From the IMG/VR virus record IMGVR_UViG_2563366803_000007, positions 1 through 42,967 of that record: a DNA stretch of 42,967 nt; one strand, 5' to 3'. Shown in pieces: positions 29,163 to 39,027 of the stretch. The stretch comes from a virus. Lineage: Duplodnaviria; Heunggongvirae; Uroviricota; Caudoviricetes. Made by a program: the position numbers and the translations under genes. The stretch's first letter is position 1. The number at the start of each line of letters is the position of its first letter. The notes under the pieces are model-generated. The model saw nothing but the letters and a program-made list of their open reading frames with translations. It was not told where the DNA came from and searched no databases.

Positions 29163-29483
29163 TTACTCCTTCACTTTGACTCCAGCAGCGCGGATGTTTT
29201 CCTCATAAGCATCCATTCCATCGCCGAAGCCATTGGAATAATCAACAGTAAACCCTTTGGCTAATGCTTCTCTGCTGTCGATAAACTTTGGCGCGGTTAT
29301 TTCAATAGCTGATCGCGATGCCTGCCACGTTTGCCAGTGGCCTTGAACATCGTCCATCACGTATTGACCACCAATATTACCACTGCCAATTTCATGGTGA
29401 TTTTCAGGGTAACGGATAAGGTCTGAGGATTCGCCTCCACGTCGCAACCAACTTTCTTCAAACTGCTTTCTTGATTCGTCCAT
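29163..29483 (-). CDS. Hypothetical protein (106 aa)
   Basis: ORF between helicase and ninB; no recognised family. Confidence 0.45.
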   Translation of the reverse strand: MDESRKQFEESWLRRGGESSDLIRYPENHHEIGSGNIGGQYVMDDVQGHWQTWQASRSAIEITAPKFIDSREALAKGFTVDYSNGFGDGMDAYEENIRAAGVKVKE

Positions 29484-29500
29484 CGATACTTACCCTCAGT

Positions 29501-29707
29501 TCAACTCACAAAACGCCACGCCATTTTTGCTACAGCGACAGGCATAACACCGATAATCACCCACAGGAAAATGCTACCGAAAAGCACACCCACCAGGTCT
29601 TTACCTTCGCCTACCAACCGGACAAAACTGCTGGCAACAACAATGAACGTCGCCACCATCCACATAGCACCGAGAATCCTCAATGCAGAGAAAATTAACT
29701 CAGCCAC
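29501..29707 (-). CDS. Small membrane protein, two predicted transmembrane helices (68 aa)
   Basis: Hydrophobic segments ILGAMWMVATFIVVASSFV and LVGVLFGSIFLWVIIGVMPVAVA. Confidence 0.4.
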   Translation of the reverse strand: MAELIFSALRILGAMWMVATFIVVASSFVRLVGEGKDLVGVLFGSIFLWVIIGVMPVAVAKMAWRFVS

Positions 29708-29779
29708 GATTTACCCTCCCCCAAATAAAAAGGCCTGCGATTACCAGCAGGCCTGTTATTAGCTCAGTGATGTAGATGG

Positions 29780-31156
29780 TCATACGTCAGCCCCTTGTGC
29801 ATATCGTCTGCCACGCGCAGCAGGTGCATTTGATGCTGTGCAAATCTGTCTGGCTTCATCCTGGTCACATGCAACAAAGTGTCCGTTACAGAACCGCTGG
29901 TAAACCGTACCAAGCGAGCCAAAACGGTTTTTCGTCACGATGATTTCAGCAAATGGCGCGGCGCTACTGTTCTCGTCATATACCGCTTCCCGATAGAGCA
30001 TGATGATTGAGTCTGCGTCCTGCTCAATGCTTCCTGAATCACGCAAATCTGCGTTTGTCGGGCGTTTGTTTGGTCGCTTCTCAACATCGCGCGAAAGCTG
30101 ACTCAGGGAGATAACCGGTGTTTTCAGGTCTTTCGCCATCGCCTTCAGGCTTCCGGAGATGTGAGCAATTGCGAGGTCGTTGCGATCTGCTTTCGGCTTC
30201 TCAATCAGGCCAAGATAATCCGCCATGATGAGTGACAGGTTTGGATTTTCCTGTTTGTGCCGTTCTGCGATTGAGCGTATTTCTTCGACCGATAACCGCG
30301 AGGCATCGACTACCCATACATCCAAATCTGCAAGCTGACTCATGCCGTTAGCAACGCGCGCCCAGCCTTCGTCATCCATCGATGCAGGATTTCGCAGCAC
30401 GCTAACCGACATCCTCCCGGCGTTGGCAATGCTTCGCTCTGCAATCTGCAATGCGCTCATTTCCATTGAGAAAATCAATACTCCGCGCCGGACGTCAGAA
30501 CCAGGAATAACGCGGCTTGCAACGCCTTCGGCAATCTTCAGCGCCAGTTCGGTTTTCCCCATGCCAGGACGGGCAGCGATTATCACCAGGTCTTCCGCGT
30601 TCATCCCTCCGGTGATGACATCAAGTTCTTCGATTCCGGTCTTCAGGGTATCTGACTCTTCTCCGTTCCTCAGACGCCTGTCAAGCGTGTCAGTGTAGTC
30701 AGTGATGATTTCCCCTAACCGTACAGGTTTAACCTCGTCACGGGGCTTTCTGATGGCTGAAAGACGTTTTACAAGCTCGTCCATCGCCTGACTCGATGCG
30801 TCGATGGTTCCGCTCTGAATTGGTTCACGCATTTCATCCATGATTTCCAGCACCAGACGGCGGTGATAGTTATCCGCGACCATTCCGGCATATCCCTTCA
30901 GGTTTGCGGCGCTCGGGCAGTTTTTGCTGGTCATCAGGATTGACGTGAAATGCTCCTCTCCGCACGCCTCGGCAACCATCAGCGCGTCGATTAGGTTTCT
31001 GTTTCTCGCCTGCTTGCGGATAACCTCGAAGGCTTTCCGGTAGAGCGGAATTGAAAACGCTTCCGGCTCTAGCGTTGCCAGAACGTCGCTGGCGGTTGGT
31101 GTTAATCCACCAATCAGCAGGCCACCGATAACGCTCGCTTCGATATCCTGTCTCAT
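29780..31156 (-). CDS. DnaB-type replicative helicase (P22 gene 12-like, 458 aa)
   Basis: Walker A GMGKT in [17 protein letters not shown]; DnaB-like C-terminal region. Confidence 0.85.
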   Translation of the reverse strand: MRQDIEASVIGGLLIGGLTPTASDVLATLEPEAFSIPLYRKAFEVIRKQARNRNLIDALMVAEACGEEHFTSILMTSKNCPSAANLKGYAGMVADNYHRRLVLEIMDEMREPIQSGTIDASSQAMDELVKRLSAIRKPRDEVKPVRLGEIITDYTDTLDRRLRNGEESDTLKTGIEELDVITGGMNAEDLVIIAARPGMGKTELALKIAEGVASRVIPGSDVRRGVLIFSMEMSALQIAERSIANAGRMSVSVLRNPASMDDEGWARVANGMSQLADLDVWVVDASRLSVEEIRSIAERHKQENPNLSLIMADYLGLIEKPKADRNDLAIAHISGSLKAMAKDLKTPVISLSQLSRDVEKRPNKRPTNADLRDSGSIEQDADSIIMLYREAVYDENSSAAPFAEIIVTKNRFGSLGTVYQRFCNGHFVACDQDEARQICTASNAPAARGRRYAQGADV

Positions 31157-32100
31157 GCAATCCCCCTGTCTGCAAACTTCCCTTCCCGAACTCCCGTTAA
31201 CGAGTCTTCTCTCAGCAGGTAATCAAAATCAGCCGTCCAGCCCGTGTCGTTGTCTCCGAAGTAAAACGGCTTGGCCTGATGCACAAACGCCCTGACATAC
31301 GCTCTGAAACCGTCCACGTTTGGCGTTTTCAGTTGCGGGATGATTTTCTTCAGGCGGCGTTTGCGTTTCTCGTTGACCGCAACAGCGTGTGGAAGTCTGT
31401 CACCGACTTCGGTGTTGTAGGCGTTCAGGAAGGATTCGTAGTCGATTCGTTCTGCCTTTCGACGTTCAGGTTTAACCTGCCCATCGCCTCCCCCATTGGG
31501 GGGTAGGGGGGTATTATTTATATTCTTGTTAATACCTTCTTGTTCATGATGTGCGGTTGTTTGTGCGGCTTCATGTGCGCTTTCATGTGCGGCATGCACT
31601 CTGAAAGCCGCGCCATTGCTGGCTTCGTCATGTGCGGCATCATGTGCGGTTGTTTGTGCGGCTTCATGTGCGGGTGAATCGTCCATTTTTTGAGCATATT
31701 CATGGTAATTTGTGATGGTAATCACACGACCTTTTTGCTTCTCTCCATCAATGGTGATCATCCCCTCTTTCACAAAAACCTGAAGCATCCGCTCAACCTG
31801 ATCACGGCTTGCTGGCTTGCCATGCCTGTCGCATAACTGAAGACCTAAATCAGCTGCTGTCACAACCAGTTGACCGGGTTGCAGATGCCATTCATGACCT
31901 TTGAAATTCGCTTTGTATGGCTTTCTGGCGGCATTCAGGAGAAGGTTTTCCCACAGGGTACGAAGATAAACATCTTTCGCCCATGACTGTTTCAGAATGC
32001 TCCGGTACAACGGAATGTAACCAGTTTTCTGGTTCTCCATCCTGTTGCTCCTGCGCTCGTGTGCGGCGCTGAAATCGTAGATTTTTGCTGTATTGCTCAT
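31153..32100 (-). CDS. Replication initiator (O / P22 gene 18-like, 315 aa) containing the origin iterons
   Basis: N-terminus [10 protein letters not shown] resembles lambda O (MTNTAKILNF); internal repeated HEAAQTTAH peptides encoded by iterons; upstream of helicase. Confidence 0.7.
   Translation of the reverse strand: MSNTAKIYDFSAAHERRSNRMENQKTGYIPLYRSILKQSWAKDVYLRTLWENLLLNAARKPYKANFKGHEWHLQPGQLVVTAADLGLQLCDRHGKPASRDQVERMLQVFVKEGMITIDGEKQKGRVITITNYHEYAQKMDDSPAHEAAQTTAHDAAHDEASNGAAFRVHAAHESAHEAAQTTAHHEQEGINKNINNTPLPPNGGGDGQVKPERRKAERIDYESFLNAYNTEVGDRLPHAVAVNEKRKRRLKKIIPQLKTPNVDGFRAYVRAFVHQAKPFYFGDNDTGWTADFDYLLREDSLTGVREGKFADRGIA
31548..31673. repeat. Origin iterons: about eight copies of (C/T)ATGTGCGG at 12-bp spacing inside the O-like gene, next to a G-rich/AT-rich tract (31501..31540)
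   Basis: Direct repeats read from sequence, arranged as two near-identical ~35-bp blocks. Confidence 0.7.
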
Positions 32101-32102
32101 AA

Positions 32103-32375
32103 CTACCTGCCTTGACGAAAGACCTTAAGAACATCGTTAAACTGACTTACGGATATGTCTTCTTTGAGCAGCTTTTCCAGAAATGCATTTGGAATGAACG
32201 TATATCCCTCCTCTTTTGGTAGAGACGGGAGCAACGTCCTTGCCTCAGCCTTCAGAAGCTCAGTTCTGGCAACTTTCACAAAAGAGATTTGAGTTCTTTC
32301 ATCAATGGAACGAAGGAAGCGCAAACGCTTAACTTCTTTGTGTGTATCAGGTGGATTAAAGCCTTTGTTTCGCAT
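32103..32375 (-). CDS. Hypothetical protein (90 aa) inserted between cII and the O-like gene
   Basis: ATG at 32373..32375 with GAGG RBS; in lambda, cII and O are separated by only about 30 bp. Confidence 0.5.
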   Translation of the reverse strand: MRNKGFNPPDTHKEVKRLRFLRSIDERTQISFVKVARTELLKAEARTLLPSLPKEEGYTFIPNAFLEKLLKEDISVSQFNDVLKVFRQGR

Positions 32376-32386
32376 ATAATTACCTC

Positions 32387-32456
32387 GCTGGATGTTGTTA
32401 AAATTCCATTTGTATTTGATCAGAACGCTCGGTCTTGCACACCGGGCGTTTTTTAT
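32387..32456 (+). ncRNA. oop: oop-like antisense RNA overlapping the 3' end of cII, with intrinsic terminator
   Basis: 3' region GATCAGAACGCTCGG...CCGGGCGTTTTTTATT resembles lambda oop from memory; perfect TATAAT at 32375..32380; 5' end approximate. Confidence 0.5.
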
Positions 32457-32694
32457 TGGTGAGAATCGAAGCAACTTGTCGTGCCAATCGAGCCATATCG
32501 TCGTCAACGACGCCCCATTCAAGAACAGCAAGCAGCATTGAGAACTTTGGAATCCAATCCCTCTTCCACCTGCTGATCTGCGACTTATCAACTCCCACAG
32601 CTTCCGCTGTCTTCTCAGTTCCAAGCATTGCGATTTTGTTAAGCAACGCACTCTCGATTCGTAGTGCCTCGTTGCGTTTGTTTGCACGAACCAT
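32398..32694 (-). CDS. cII: Transcriptional activator CII (98 aa)
   Basis: MVRANKRNEALRIESALLNKIAMLGTEKTAEAVGVDKSQISRWKRDWIPKFSMLLAVLEWGVVDDDMARLARQV matches lambda CII from memory. Confidence 0.9.
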   Translation of the reverse strand: MVRANKRNEALRIESALLNKIAMLGTEKTAEAVGVDKSQISRWKRDWIPKFSMLLAVLEWGVVDDDMARLARQVASILTNKKRPVCKTERSDQIQMEF

Positions 32695-32773
32695 ATGTAA
32701 GTATTTCCTTAGATAACAATTGATTGAATGTATGCAAATAAATGCATACACCATAGGTGTGGTTTAATTTGAT

Positions 32774-32788
32774 GCCCTTTTTCAGGGC
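32774..32788 (-). promoter_or_regulatory. nutR boxB-like hairpin (GCCCTGAAAAAGGGC on the minus strand)
   Basis: Palindromic hairpin between cro and cII as in lambda. Confidence 0.6.
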
Positions 32789-32812
32789 TGGAATGTGTAA
32801 GAGCGGGGTTAT

Positions 32813-33022
<210 letters not shown>

Positions 33023-33039
33023 TTAGTACATGCAACCAT

Positions 33040-33103
33040 TATCACCGCCAGAGGTAAAATAGTCAACACGCACGGTGTTAGATATTTATCCCTTGCGGTG
33101 ATA
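33040..33103. promoter_or_regulatory. Right operator OR1-OR2-OR3 with divergent PR and PRM promoters
   Basis: OR1 TATCACCGCCAGAGGTA (33040..33056), OR2 CAACACGCACGGTGTTA (33064..33080), OR3 TATCCCTTGCGGTGATA (33087..33103), all lambda operator sequences. Confidence 0.9.
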
Positions 33104-33110
33104 GATTTAA

Positions 33111-33827
<717 letters not shown>

Positions 33828-33939
33828 TCGGCAAGGTGTTCTGGTCGGCGCATAGCTGATAACAATTGAGCAAGAATCTTCATCGAATTAGGGGAATTTT
33901 CACTCCCCTCAGAACATAACATAGTAAATGGATTGAATT

Positions 33940-34779
33940 ATGAAGAATGGTTTTTATGCGACTTACCGCAGCAAAAATAAAGGGAAAGATAAGCGCTCAA
34001 TAAACCTGTCTGTTTTCCTTAATTCTCTGCTGGCTGATAATCATCACCTGCAGGTTGGCTCCAATTATTTGTATATTCATAAAATCGATGGAAAAACTTT
34101 TCTCTTTACCAAAACAAATGACAAGAGTCTGGTTCAGAAGATAAATCGCTCTAAAGCTTCAGTTGAAGATATTAAGAACAGCCTCGCAGATGACGAATCA
34201 TTGGGATTCCCATCTTTTTTGTTTGTTGAAGGCGACACCATTGGTTTTGCCAGAACTGTTTTCGGGCCGACCACATCCGATCTGACAGATTTTTTAATCG
34301 GGAAAGGAATGTCATTAAGCAGTGGAGAGCGCGTTCAGATAGAGCCACTGATGAGGGGAACCACCAAAGACGATGTTATGCATATGCATTTCATCGGCCG
34401 AACAACGGTGAAGGTAGAAGCCAAGCTACCTGTATTTGGCGATATATTAAAGGTCTTAGGGGCAACAGATATTGAAGGGGAGCTTTTTGACTCATTGGAT
34501 ATAGTCATTAAGCCAAAATTTAAAAGGGATATAAAAAAGGTTGCCAAGGATATTATTTTTAACCCGTCACCTCAATTTTCAGACATTAGCCTGCGGGCAA
34601 AAGATGAGGCCGGAGATATTTTAACAGAACATTATCTATCAGAAAAAGGCCATCTCTCAGCGCCTCTGAACAAGGTCACCAATGCTGAGATAGCTGAAGA
34701 GATGGCATATTGCTACGCAAGAATGAAAAGTGATATACTGGAATGTTTTAAAAGGCAGGTGGGCAAAGTTAAGGATTAA
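33940..34779 (+). CDS. rexA: RexA exclusion protein (279 aa)
   Basis: Length and position immediately downstream of cI as in lambda. Confidence 0.85.
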   Translation: MKNGFYATYRSKNKGKDKRSINLSVFLNSLLADNHHLQVGSNYLYIHKIDGKTFLFTKTNDKSLVQKINRSKASVEDIKNSLADDESLGFPSFLFVEGDTIGFARTVFGPTTSDLTDFLIGKGMSLSSGERVQIEPLMRGTTKDDVMHMHFIGRTTVKVEAKLPVFGDILKVLGATDIEGELFDSLDIVIKPKFKRDIKKVAKDIIFNPSPQFSDISLRAKDEAGDILTEHYLSEKGHLSAPLNKVTNAEIAEEMAYCYARMKSDILECFKRQVGKVKD

Positions 34780-34794
34780 TTATCAGGAGTAATT

Positions 34795-35229
34795 ATGCGG
34801 AACAGAATCATGCCTGGTGTTTACATAGTAATAATTCCTTACGTTATCGTAAGCATTTGCTATCTCCTTTTCCGCCACTACATTCCTGGTGTTTCTTTTT
34901 CAGCTCATAGAGATGGTCTTGGGGCGACATTGTCATCATATGCAGGAACCATGATTGCAATCCTGATTGCTGCCTTGACGTTTCTAATCGGAAGCAGAAC
35001 GCGCCGACTGGCCAAGATTAGAGAGTATGGGTATATGACATCGGTAGTTATTGTCTATGCCCTTAGTTTTGTTGAGCTTGGAGCTTTGTTTTTCTGCGGG
35101 TTATTGCTTCTTTCCAGCATAAGCGGCTACATGATACCCACTATCGCCATCGGCATTGCCTCTGCATCGTTCATTCATATATGCATCCTTGTTTTCCAAC
35201 TATATAATTTGACCAGAGAACAAGAATAA
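34795..35229 (+). CDS. rexB: RexB membrane protein (144 aa)
   Basis: Multi-pass hydrophobic protein, length and position as lambda RexB. Confidence 0.85.
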   Translation: MRNRIMPGVYIVIIPYVIVSICYLLFRHYIPGVSFSAHRDGLGATLSSYAGTMIAILIAALTFLIGSRTRRLAKIREYGYMTSVVIVYALSFVELGALFFCGLLLLSSISGYMIPTIAIGIASASFIHICILVFQLYNLTREQE

Positions 35230-35402
35230 CCCGGCCTCAGCGCCGGGTTTTCTTTGCCTCACGATCGCCCCCAAAACACATAACCAATTGTATTTATTGA
35301 AAAATAAATAGATACAACTCACTAAACATAGCAATTCAGATCTCTCACCTACCAAACAATGCCCCCCTGCAAAAAATAAATTCATATAAAAAACATACAG
35401 AT

Positions 35403-35465
35403 AACCATCTGCGGTGATAAATTATCTCTGGCGGTGTTGACATAAATACCACTGGCGGTGATACT
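35403..35465 (+). promoter_or_regulatory. Left operator OL3-OL2-OL1 with PL promoter (-35 TTGACA, -10 GATACT)
   Basis: Three 17-bp lambda operator sequences: AACCATCTGCGGTGATA, TATCTCTGGCGGTGTTG, TACCACTGGCGGTGATA. Confidence 0.9.
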
Positions 35466-35504
35466 GAGCACATCAGCAGGACGCACTGACCACCATGAAG
35501 GTGA

Positions 35505-35535
35505 CGCTCTTAAAAATTAAGCCCTGAAGAAGGGC
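35505..35535 (+). promoter_or_regulatory. nutL (boxA CGCTCTTA, boxB GCCCTGAAGAAGGGC)
   Basis: Lambda nutL sequence between PL and N. Confidence 0.75.
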
Positions 35536-35733
35536 AGCATTCAAAGCAGAAGGCTTTGGGATTGGATGAATGAGCAGGCTGATGCTCGACCAATGTATAA
35601 ACAGCGCTCATGGCAAGCAGTAACCAATCTGCGCCTCAAGACAGCGTCACTGGTAGTGCGGGCGCTCTAACCAGTAAGCCGGGGTTCAGCGCCGGCCATC
35701 CAATCACCAAAGCTAACTGACAGGAGAATCCAG

Positions 35734-36060
35734 ATGGATGCACAAACACGCCGCCGCGAACGTCGCGCAGAGAAACAGGCTCAATGGAAAGCAGCAAATC
35801 CCCTGTTGGTTGGGGTAAGCGCAAAACCAGTTAACCGCCCTATTCTCTCGCTGAATCGCAAACCGAAATCACGAGTAGAAAGCGCACTGAATCCGATAGA
35901 CCTTACGGTGCTGGCTGAATACCACGAACAGATTGAAAGCAACCTGCAACGTATTGAGCGCAAGAATCAGCGCACATGGTACAGCAAGCCACGCAGTGAA
36001 ATGGGTGTGACTTGTGTTGGTCGCCAGAAAATGAAATTAGGCAGCAAACCACTTATTTGA
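35734..36060 (+). CDS. N: Antiterminator N (108 aa)
   Basis: MDAQTRRRERRAEKQAQWKAANPLLVGVSAKPVNRPILSLNRKPKSRVESALNPIDLTVLAEYHEQIESNLQRIERKNQRTWYSKPRSEMGVTCVGRQKMKLGSKPLI matches lambda N from memory. Confidence 0.95.
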   Translation: MDAQTRRRERRAEKQAQWKAANPLLVGVSAKPVNRPILSLNRKPKSRVESALNPIDLTVLAEYHEQIESNLQRIERKNQRTWYSKPRSEMGVTCVGRQKMKLGSKPLI

Positions 36061-36068
36061 GGTGATAT

Positions 36069-36344
36069 ATGGAATTTCATGAAAGTGCGATTTGTGATTT
36101 TCGCGCTAACGCAAATTCAGTAAAACCACAGCCAATTGCAGTTCTTTTTAAAACAATGGGTGCGTGGGCTGTTTTATGCTTCGCCGCTGATGACACTGAC
36201 GCAAGAATGGCAATAGGCCAAGAGATGGAGATGGACCCGACAAACGATGAATTCATAATTTATGGCGCTCCATCTAATTACTTACTTGATACCTGCAACA
36301 TTTACAACAAGGCTGCCTTATGGTGGCCTTTATTTTTGGCATAA
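36069..36344 (+). CDS. Hypothetical protein (91 aa)
   Basis: ORF immediately downstream of N; no recognised family. Confidence 0.45.
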   Translation: MEFHESAICDFRANANSVKPQPIAVLFKTMGAWAVLCFAADDTDARMAIGQEMEMDPTNDEFIIYGAPSNYLLDTCNIYNKAALWWPLFLA

Positions 36345-36456
36345 ACAACAGAATAAACACTGCACTGTGTATTCATTCCAACGAGTGAATACACGGAGCA
36401 ATGTCGCTCGTAACTAAACAGGAGCCGACTTGTTCTGATTATTGGAAATCTTCTTT

Positions 36457-36485
36457 GCCCTCCAGTGCGTGAGGGCGATTTTTTT
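36457..36485 (+). terminator. Rho-independent terminator (tL1-like): GCCCTC-CAGTGCGT-GAGGGC followed by a T-run
   Basis: Hairpin and seven T residues read from sequence, ending 4 nt before the downstream RBS. Confidence 0.55.
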
Positions 36486-36497
36486 GATGGAGGATAT

Positions 36498-37466
36498 ATG
36501 AGTGAAGTAACAGATTTAGTTGTTATTGAAAAAGCAAATGCAATGACTGTATTTCAGTCTGCCGACCAGATTGAAGAAATCCTTCAAAAGGTTGAACGTG
36601 AAGTTATGTCCTTTGTGCCTGATATCACAACGGCAAAGGGCAGAAAGGAGATCGCTTCTCTGGCGTATAAAGTTGCGCAGACGAAAACATATCTCGATGG
36701 TCTTGGCAAAGACCTTGTTGCTGAACTGAAGGAAATTCCAAAGCTAATTGATGCCAACCGCAAGACAGTGCGTGATCGCCTTGATGAGCTGAAAGCCAAG
36801 GCACGCCAGCCTCTTACTGATTATGAGGAAGAACGGGCGCGGATTAAAGCCGAAGAAGAAGCTAAGGCAGCAGCTGAAGCTCTCGCAAAGCAAATTGAGT
36901 CTGACCATGAAATAGCGATTTTGATGGATCGCGAATTTGACCGCCAAAGAGAAGAGGCAAGACTCAAAGCGGAGCAGGAAAAGCGAGAGCATGAAGAACG
37001 CTTAAAAAAAGAAGCTGAAGAGAAAGCCAGAGCTGAAGCCGAAGCAAAGGCAAAAGCCGAAATTGAAGCAGCAGCAAGGCGAGAAGCAGAAGCTAAGGCC
37101 GCAGCGGAACGTGCAGAGCGTGAACGCATTGAAGCCGAGCAACGAGCACAGCGCGAAGCAAAAGAGGCAGCAGAACGAGCTGAAAGAGAAAAGCAGGCGG
37201 CAATTGAAGCAGAACGCCGAAAAGCACAGGAGGAGGCTGAACGAATCCGGCGCGAGGCTGAAGCAAAAGAGCAAGCCAGAATAGCAGAAGAAAAAAGAAT
37301 CAAGGACGAAGAAGAGCGTAGAGCAAAGGATAAAGCTCACCGGAAAGAAGTAAATAACAAAATACTTGCTGACCTTATCAAGGTTGGCGCATCAGAAGAT
37401 GTTGCTAAAAATATCATAACAGCCATCGTAAAAGGCGAAGTATTCGCAACAAAAATAACCTACTAA
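36498..37466 (+). CDS. Hypothetical protein (322 aa) with structured N-terminal domain and about 200-aa Ala/Glu/Lys/Arg-rich coiled-coil (TolA-like) region
   Basis: GGAGGA RBS then ATG at 36498; long EAKAKAEAEA-type repeat tract; track ORF starts at an upstream GTG. Confidence 0.5.
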   Translation: MSEVTDLVVIEKANAMTVFQSADQIEEILQKVEREVMSFVPDITTAKGRKEIASLAYKVAQTKTYLDGLGKDLVAELKEIPKLIDANRKTVRDRLDELKAKARQPLTDYEEERARIKAEEEAKAAAEALAKQIESDHEIAILMDREFDRQREEARLKAEQEKREHEERLKKEAEEKARAEAEAKAKAEIEAAARREAEAKAAAERAERERIEAEQRAQREAKEAAERAEREKQAAIEAERRKAQEEAERIRREAEAKEQARIAEEKRIKDEEERRAKDKAHRKEVNNKILADLIKVGASEDVAKNIITAIVKGEVFATKITY

Positions 37467-37490
37467 TAAAACCAACATAAGGAACCACCC

Positions 37491-37622
37491 ATGATTTACG
37501 CAATCGCGGGAGGCGCTCGCATGGGTGCCTTCCAATTAAATGAATCTTTACTTGAACGAATCACCCGTAAATTACGTGACGGATGGAAAAGAGTTGAGGT
37601 CTTATTATGCGCAATGAAATAG
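37491..37622 (+). CDS. cIII: CIII-like protease inhibitor (43 aa)
   Basis: Shares ESLLERITRKLRDGWKR core with lambda CIII from memory. Confidence 0.8.
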   Translation: MIYAIAGGARMGAFQLNESLLERITRKLRDGWKRVEVLLCAMK

Positions 37623-37759
37623 CCATCAATCACCAGATGCTTCGTGCGGCACAAAACAAAGCAGTAATAGCCCGATTTATTGGTGATTCGAAAATGTGGC
37701 TTGAAGCAAATAAAGCGATGAAATCAGCTATCAACCTTCCGTGGTATCGCAGGAAATGA
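37607..37759 (+). CDS. kil: Kil-like host division inhibitor (50 aa)
   Basis: Overlaps the cIII 3' end as in lambda; FIGD-KM block recalled from lambda Kil. Confidence 0.5.
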   Translation: MRNEIAINHQMLRAAQNKAVIARFIGDSKMWLEANKAMKSAINLPWYRRK

Positions 37760-37914
37760 GTTTTACAGATAACTGGTCAGACGAAGAATTCATTCGTCAG
37801 ATGAAAGAATTAATCGGTAACGAAGGAGATATTCATGTCACTTGCAACCACAGTGAAGGAGAGCAAGTTACAGAGACGCATGTACACGCAGAAAGCTCTC
37901 TGGTATCGCCATAA
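37756..37914 (+). CDS. Small hypothetical protein (52 aa), possibly Arf-like
   Basis: ATGA-coupled to kil; position upstream of erf. Confidence 0.3.
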   Translation: MSFTDNWSDEEFIRQMKELIGNEGDIHVTCNHSEGEQVTETHVHAESSLVSP

Positions 37915-38015
37915 TGGCGACCGCGAAGGAATGCGGGTATGCCTTAATTTGTCCCGAGTCGAAGTATTAAATCAGCGTTATTTCCTTGGGTCGTGTCCAT
38001 TCTGAGAACAATCAT

Positions 38016-38621
38016 ATGAGCAAAGAATTTTACGCAAGACTGGCAGCTATTCAGGAGAATCTGAACGCGCCAAAGAATCAGTACAACTCATTCGGTAAAT
38101 ATAAATACAGAAGCTGCGAAGATATTCTTGAAGGCGTTAAGCCGTTACTGAATGGTCTGTTTTTATCAATCAGCGATGAAGTTGTGTTGATTGGTGATCG
38201 GTATTACGTGAAAGCCACGGCAACTATTACCGATGGCGAAAACAGCCATACAGCAACCGCTCTTGCACGAGAGGAAGAAAGCAAGAAAGGAATGGATTCT
38301 GCACAAGTTACGGGAGCTACAAGCTCTTATGCACGCAAGTATTGCCTCAATGGTTTGTTCGGCATTGATGATGCGAAAGATGCAGATACAGACGAGCATA
38401 AACATCAGCAGAACGCAGCAGCAAAGCAATCAAAACCATCACCTACACCTGAACAGGTTCTAAAAGCATTCACTGACGCAGCAATGCAGAAAAACACCGT
38501 AGAAGAGCTTAAACAGGCGTTCGCCAAAGCGTGGAAGATGCTCGAAGGCACACCTGAGCAGCACAAAGCGCAGGACGTTTACAACATCAGACGAGACGAA
38601 TTAGAAGGAGCTGCTGCTTAA
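38016..38621 (+). CDS. erf: Erf single-strand annealing recombinase (201 aa from internal ATG)
   Basis: MSKEFYARLAAIQENLNAPKNQYNSFGKYKYRSCEDILEGVKP matches P22 Erf N-terminus from memory. Confidence 0.85.
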   Translation: MSKEFYARLAAIQENLNAPKNQYNSFGKYKYRSCEDILEGVKPLLNGLFLSISDEVVLIGDRYYVKATATITDGENSHTATALAREEESKKGMDSAQVTGATSSYARKYCLNGLFGIDDAKDADTDEHKHQQNAAAKQSKPSPTPEQVLKAFTDAAMQKNTVEELKQAFAKAWKMLEGTPEQHKAQDVYNIRRDELEGAAA

Positions 38622-39004
38622 TGGCACATTCGATTACTGTAAGACTAAACAAGCCCGCAAGAGAGTTTCAGGCCGGGGAAAATATCGGATTCAACATCCG
38701 TGCTGGCGTTCAGTATTACGATCGCCAGACAAAAAAGAAAGAATGGACAAACTACAGCGCCGTTGTATTTGCCAAGCCGGGAGCGCAAGCGGATTACTAC
38801 CGTAGTGTTCTTGTTGAAGGTGGCATTGTTGAAATTACCGGAGAAAACATCAGGGTTGATGTTTATCAGGGGCAAAATGGTCAATCAATCACTCTTGAAT
38901 TACTGAATGCAAAGATTGGATTTGCAACTTCAGGAAACAGCCAACAGCAGCAAAGTAGCAATCATCAAAATCATCCTGAATACGACGATTCAATTCCCTT
39001 CTAG
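38621..39004 (+). CDS. Short SSB-like single-stranded DNA-binding protein (127 aa)
   Basis: C-terminal acidic tail DDSIPF (SSB tail is DDDIPF) after a Gln-rich linker; coupled to erf. Confidence 0.55.
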   Translation: MAHSITVRLNKPAREFQAGENIGFNIRAGVQYYDRQTKKKEWTNYSAVVFAKPGAQADYYRSVLVEGGIVEITGENIRVDVYQGQNGQSITLELLNAKIGFATSGNSQQQQSSNHQNHPEYDDSIPF

Positions 39005-39027
39005 ATTAGCAAAATAAGGATTCCATT

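Noticed and set aside
31518-31703. Direct repeats and the His/Pro/Met-rich 61-aa minus-strand ORF in the iteron region as a CRISPR array or separate gene
   Set aside because: Repeats are 9-12 bp phased origin iterons inside the O-like coding frame with no spacer structure; the small ORF is an alternate-frame shadow of the repeats
32103-32687. 194-aa GTG-initiated ORF whose first ~100 codons run through cII in another frame
   Set aside because: The upstream part has no RBS and overlaps a conserved gene; the internal ATG at 32373..32375 with a GAGG RBS is the likelier start. The long open alternate frame is noted but treated as chance
36744-37340. Minus-strand ORFs of 82, 160 and 112 aa, rich in Ser/Ala/Cys/Phe, opposite the coiled-coil gene
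   Set aside because: Low-complexity shadow frames generated by the GAAGC/GCAGC-rich coding repeat of the plus-strand gene
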